DNA of 62,654 nucleotides, counting the filler, from Diploschistes diacapsis (lineage: Eukaryota), in assembly GCA_023645945.1 (NCBI GenBank). It is 4 parts of 4 records of this genome, joined end to end, with 100 filler letters (N's around TTAATTAATTAA, not from the genome) between each part and the next. Parts side by side here need not be neighbours in the genome. Positions count along the whole stretch, not along the records: positions 47,117 to 62,654 come from JALAIB010000547.1; 3 more parts are not named here. The stretch is one strand, 5' to 3'. Both the position numbers and the translations under genes were made by a program. The notes under the pieces are model-generated. The model was not told where the DNA came from and did not search any database. It was given only the letters and a program-made list of their open reading frames with translations. Positions 59,126 through 62,654 of this stretch are shown one piece after another; positions within the stretch are counted from its first letter, which is position 1, and every line of letters begins with the position of its first letter.

Positions 59126-60347
59126 CTATACTGCTCTAACACCAAGTCCAACACTCTTCGTATTGAAAACTTCGATCAGTCCTGCTCCAAGGCACTCGGC
59201 AAGGACCCAGTCGAAGCTCAGGCCATAGAAGTCTTTCCATTTCCGCGTTTTCGCAGGCAGGACCATACGAAACGGATCCTGCGATCTTCCATGTGGGTTC
59301 TTTGTCGAGACGCCTCCGTTCCAGCGTTCTTTCAAAAGATACAACGGAGCCTCGTTATACTTCGATCTGGACAATAACGTTACTAGCTGTGACCGAGCGG
59401 CTTCGACTAGCTTCAGATAGGGCCCGGTACTTGGCAGAGATAACTTATAGCTGGCTGACTTCTTGTCAGAACTACCTTGCAATCTCAAACCGGCTGAGCC
59501 TCCACCGCCTAATTTATTGAGCCCAGTTTGCCCGCCGACAGCCCCGATAGATCCCGAAGCGGCTCGTGCAATATTGTGTATTGAGGTGGCCGTACCGGCC
59601 AGCGACTTATCTGGATTTGAATACAAGGTGCTCTTCGATGTACCAAAGCTTGAAGAAGAGGTAACCAATCCTACCTCAATAAGGACATTGATTTCCCCGT
59701 CATTTAGGGTGTCTTGTAACTGCAAAGATTTTTCGTTCTTCGACTGCAAAATGTTGGTGTATTTATCTATGAGGTTGGTTAGTTGACTAGCACCGTGATC
59801 AGCCGCTAATCATACTTTTCAAATCATCCAGAATAATGGTTGTGTTCAATCTTTCGATCCAGTCTTTGACATTCACGAGGGCATCACTTATACTAGATGC
59901 ACCGCTACCCCGGCCAGGAATTACAATTCTTCTTATTATACCAGCGGCTGTGAGCTGTCCTATTTCCTTCTCCACCATCGTTGGGGAGTTTATAAGGGCA
60001 TGAATATGCGCATTTGTTACTATGGGCGGCAGATTTCTTCTGAAATTCAACACCTCCGCCGTGCGAGTGCTGTTCAGGCCACTCTTCTCAGGGATCTCAT
60101 CGAACATATGGGACTTTATATAGTTTATCGCTTGGGGCACGTCCCGTAGAGAGAGGTCCGTCTTCAGGGTCTCGACCAAACCCACGTCTTCTAGACGATC
60201 TTCAAAGTCATCATCCTCATCTTGAGGATCAGGCTTCGTTTTTGAGCGCTGTATAGGCTTTCTATGTGACGCACCTGAGAAAGGCGATGAAGTGCTCCGG
60301 AGGAACGAGGGTCTCTTCTGCTTTGACTTGGAAACACGATAAGACAT
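59126..60347 (-). CDS. STK19-like winged-helix protein, 2 exons (60347-59816, 59766-59126)
   Basis: LPPIVTNAHIHALINSPTMVEKEIGQLTAAGIIRR, SLPSTGPYLKL, LLSRSKYNEAP..LKERW and ECLGAGLIEVFNTKSVG recall the Stk19 family; no kinase motifs. Confidence 0.7.
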
Positions 60348-60672
60348 TTTTATGCCCTGATTGCAAAAGGAGAGCAGCCTGTCAGGGTCAAATATTTAAT
60401 GATAACAAATCTGTTCAAGCACCAAAGACTCAAAAACTCTTCAGAGGATACATAAATGGGTACTGACAGATTCGATACTAAATGTGCGGAATCGAGATTT
60501 CCTCACCAGCCCTACCCGGCCACCTTTCCGCTGTGACGTCACATTGCGCAAATTGATTCTTGAGATACTTTGGACCATGAGCTGGCAGCTGCGCGCACAA
60601 CTTTTGTTCATTCAAGTTACTACACTGCCGCCAATTGACTTTGCGCTGAAACCGCTCTAGTCTAGTCTTTCA

Positions 60673-62155
60673 ATGGCAGCAGCAGTGCAAGGGCACCTTG
60701 GCGCTGATCCATCTCGCCCCCTAGAGCGTCGTGAATTGCATCTCCCTCCGAAGCAATATGCGGAGGCAGTAGTTCAGGACCTACCGAACGGGATCGCAGA
60801 CCCCGTCGAGAGCGGTGACTACACTGGCAATGGGGAAGCACCACCGACTCCTGTCAAGAAAACTCATAGGAAGAAGAAATCGAGCAAAGATATACGGGGT
60901 CAAGCAGAGCAGAACAAGCTGATAGAGGAGAAATATCGGAGTGGAGGCCTGACAAGTGGTCCCCAGGATGAAGATTACGAGAAGAGCTTGGAACTGGATG
61001 AGACTGAACGCAAACACTTTGCGAGGAATAGAGGCATCAAGTTGGTAAGCGGCCGTACGGCCGGCGCTGGTTGGGAGCGCAGTGGGTAGGCTCTCAACGC
61101 ACTTTATCCCCTAGGATAAACTGACCCGTTCGTGTAGTATTCGCTGGGCTCCACTAAACGTGCCTCTCAAACGACGTCTTCAAACACTTGTCGTTCTATT
61201 CCACACCTTGTGCATTGCGCTCGGCCTTGCCACCTTCTTCTTCCTCTGTGCCATACCATTGATGTGGCCCCTCCTATTTCCCTACGTTCTGTACTTACTC
61301 TTCTCCGATGCTGGTACCTCGGGTTCTCTATGGCGACGATCAAACTGGCTCCGTTCGCTGCGCGTCTGGTCGCTCTTCGCCTCATATTTTCCCGCGCGCC
61401 TTCACCGCTCTCAAGAGCTTCCGGCTACGAGGAAGTATATTTTTGGATATCATCCGCATGGCATCATCTCTCATGGCGCTTTTGCCGCTTTTGGCACAGA
61501 AGCTCTGGGGTTCTCGAGCCTATTTCCGGGCATCACTAATACTCTATTGACCCTGGACTCGAACTTCCGCATTCCAATCTACCGCGACTACGCCCTTGCC
61601 ATGGGCCTTCGCTCTGTCTCTCGAGAGAGCTGCATCAACTTGCTGACCAAGGGCGGTGCGAACGGTGAAGGCATGGGAAGGGCAATTACGATCGTCGTGG
61701 GTGGCGCACGCGAGTCCCTCGATGCCCAACCCAACTCGTTGCGCCTGGTACTGCGCAAGAGGAAAGGCTTTGTCAAGCTTGCGATACGTACCGGCGCCGA
61801 CCTCGTCCCAGTGCTTGCCTTTGGCGAAAACGAACTCTACGACCAAGTGCGACCGGACTCGCATCCGTTCATCCACAAAATGCAGCTCATTGTCAAGAAG
61901 GTGCTCGGCTTCACCGTTCCTCTGTTCTTTGCAAGAGGCGTGTTCAACTACGATGTTGGCATGATGCCATATAGACGACCCATGAACATTGTGGTTGGTA
62001 GGCCTATCAGAAGCGTACAAACCTCACATCCAGATGAGGCTTATGTGGATGAGATTCACGCTAAATATGTGACGGAGTTGGAGAGGATATGGAGGGAATG
62101 GAAAGGAGAATTTGCAAGCGATCAGATGGAAGGGGATTTGGAGATTGTGGGGTAA
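60673..62155 (+). CDS. DGA1: Diacylglycerol O-acyltransferase type 2, 2 exons (60673-61085, 61138-62155)
   Basis: IRWAPLNVPLKRRLQT, YFP, GYHPHG, VGGARES, RKGFVKLA, FGEN and VVGRPI. Confidence 0.96.
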
Positions 62156-62567
62156 CTGACCAAGATCAAAGGGGCCATCTTATATTCTAGGTGATCGTAG
62201 TGGCATATAGGCTTGTATGTGATCTTCAAAAGCTTGTATTAGAAACCTGAGGAACTGCCCATATTTATCTCTTTATGGCTTAATTTTCCTTTGACTGAAA
62301 TGTCACGGGTGCTTTTGGGGTTGCCAAGTCAGACATGGCGCTGATTGGTTGAAAGCGCATCACCGTTCTCGACCTCGAAGCTAAAAATTTATCGAGCTCC
62401 CAACTTCAACGAAGCTCAGCATCCGCACCACATCCACCTCCAGCATCTAGCTCAGGCCAAGTGCTGCGCGCCGTTTGCGCGCCGTTCATTCTCCATACTC
62501 GCTCCTCAATCCTCAGCTTGCTCAACCAACGACGCAACCAGACCCAGTCCCTTCCCCACAAACCACA

Positions 62568-62654
62568 ATGACGGTCCCCCGTCCCCCATCTTCCGCCACC
62601 ACCATCCTCCTCCCGCTGCGCAACACGCGCCCAGCCCTCTCAAGACCCAATAAC
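62568..62654 (+). CDS. Possible 5' end of the next gene (R/S/T/P-rich, no acidic residues; mitochondrial-presequence-like)
   Basis: CACAATG context and open frame MTVPRPPSSATTILLPLRNTRPALSRPNN to the window end. Confidence 0.35.
   Translation, partial: MTVPRPPSSATTILLPLRNTRPALSRPNN

Noticed and set aside
1940..60347. DNA-repair gene cluster REV1 + CHK2 + STK19
   Set aside because: REV1 is on a different contig, three artificial joins away; only CHK2 and STK19 are demonstrably linked.
1..62654. CRISPR arrays, rRNA/5S genes, snRNAs, intact transposase or reverse transcriptase ORFs
   Set aside because: None recognised; the DNA is eukaryotic and no repeat-spacer or DDE/RT motifs were seen.

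Overview
Eukaryotic, intron-containing DNA of a filamentous ascomycete (Pezizomycotina; short GT..AG introns with CTRAC branch points). The window is four contigs joined by artificial 100-nt linkers (N44-TTAATTAATTAA-N44 at 15653, 31370 and 47017), so adjacency across the linkers is not evidence of linkage. Recognisable intact genes: ankyrin protein, REV1, PTH11-like membrane protein, OST1/ribophorin I, an allantoate/nicotinate-type MFS permease, a Leptosphaeria-type opsin with the DTD pump motif, tRNA-Leu(AAG), a GPI-type wall protein, SRP receptor beta, cystathionine beta-synthase, an isochorismatase-family hydrolase, a CLC transporter, RRP45, STT4, a CHK2/Cds1 kinase, an STK19-like protein and DGA1. 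Three pseudogenes are visible: a monocarboxylate MFS relic, a NACHT/NLR gene with an apparent microhomology-mediated deletion, and an SGNH esterase. There is also a Tc1/mariner-like foldback element and RIP-like AT-rich contig ends. The best candidate for an undescribed system is a spliced orphan gene (25370-26403) about 550 bp from the tRNA gene. Its coiled-coil plus C-terminal domain resembles the Mug135/Tdk1 killer meiotic-driver architecture; this is my motif recognition and needs a profile or structure search. Gene models were spliced by hand and no database searches were run.
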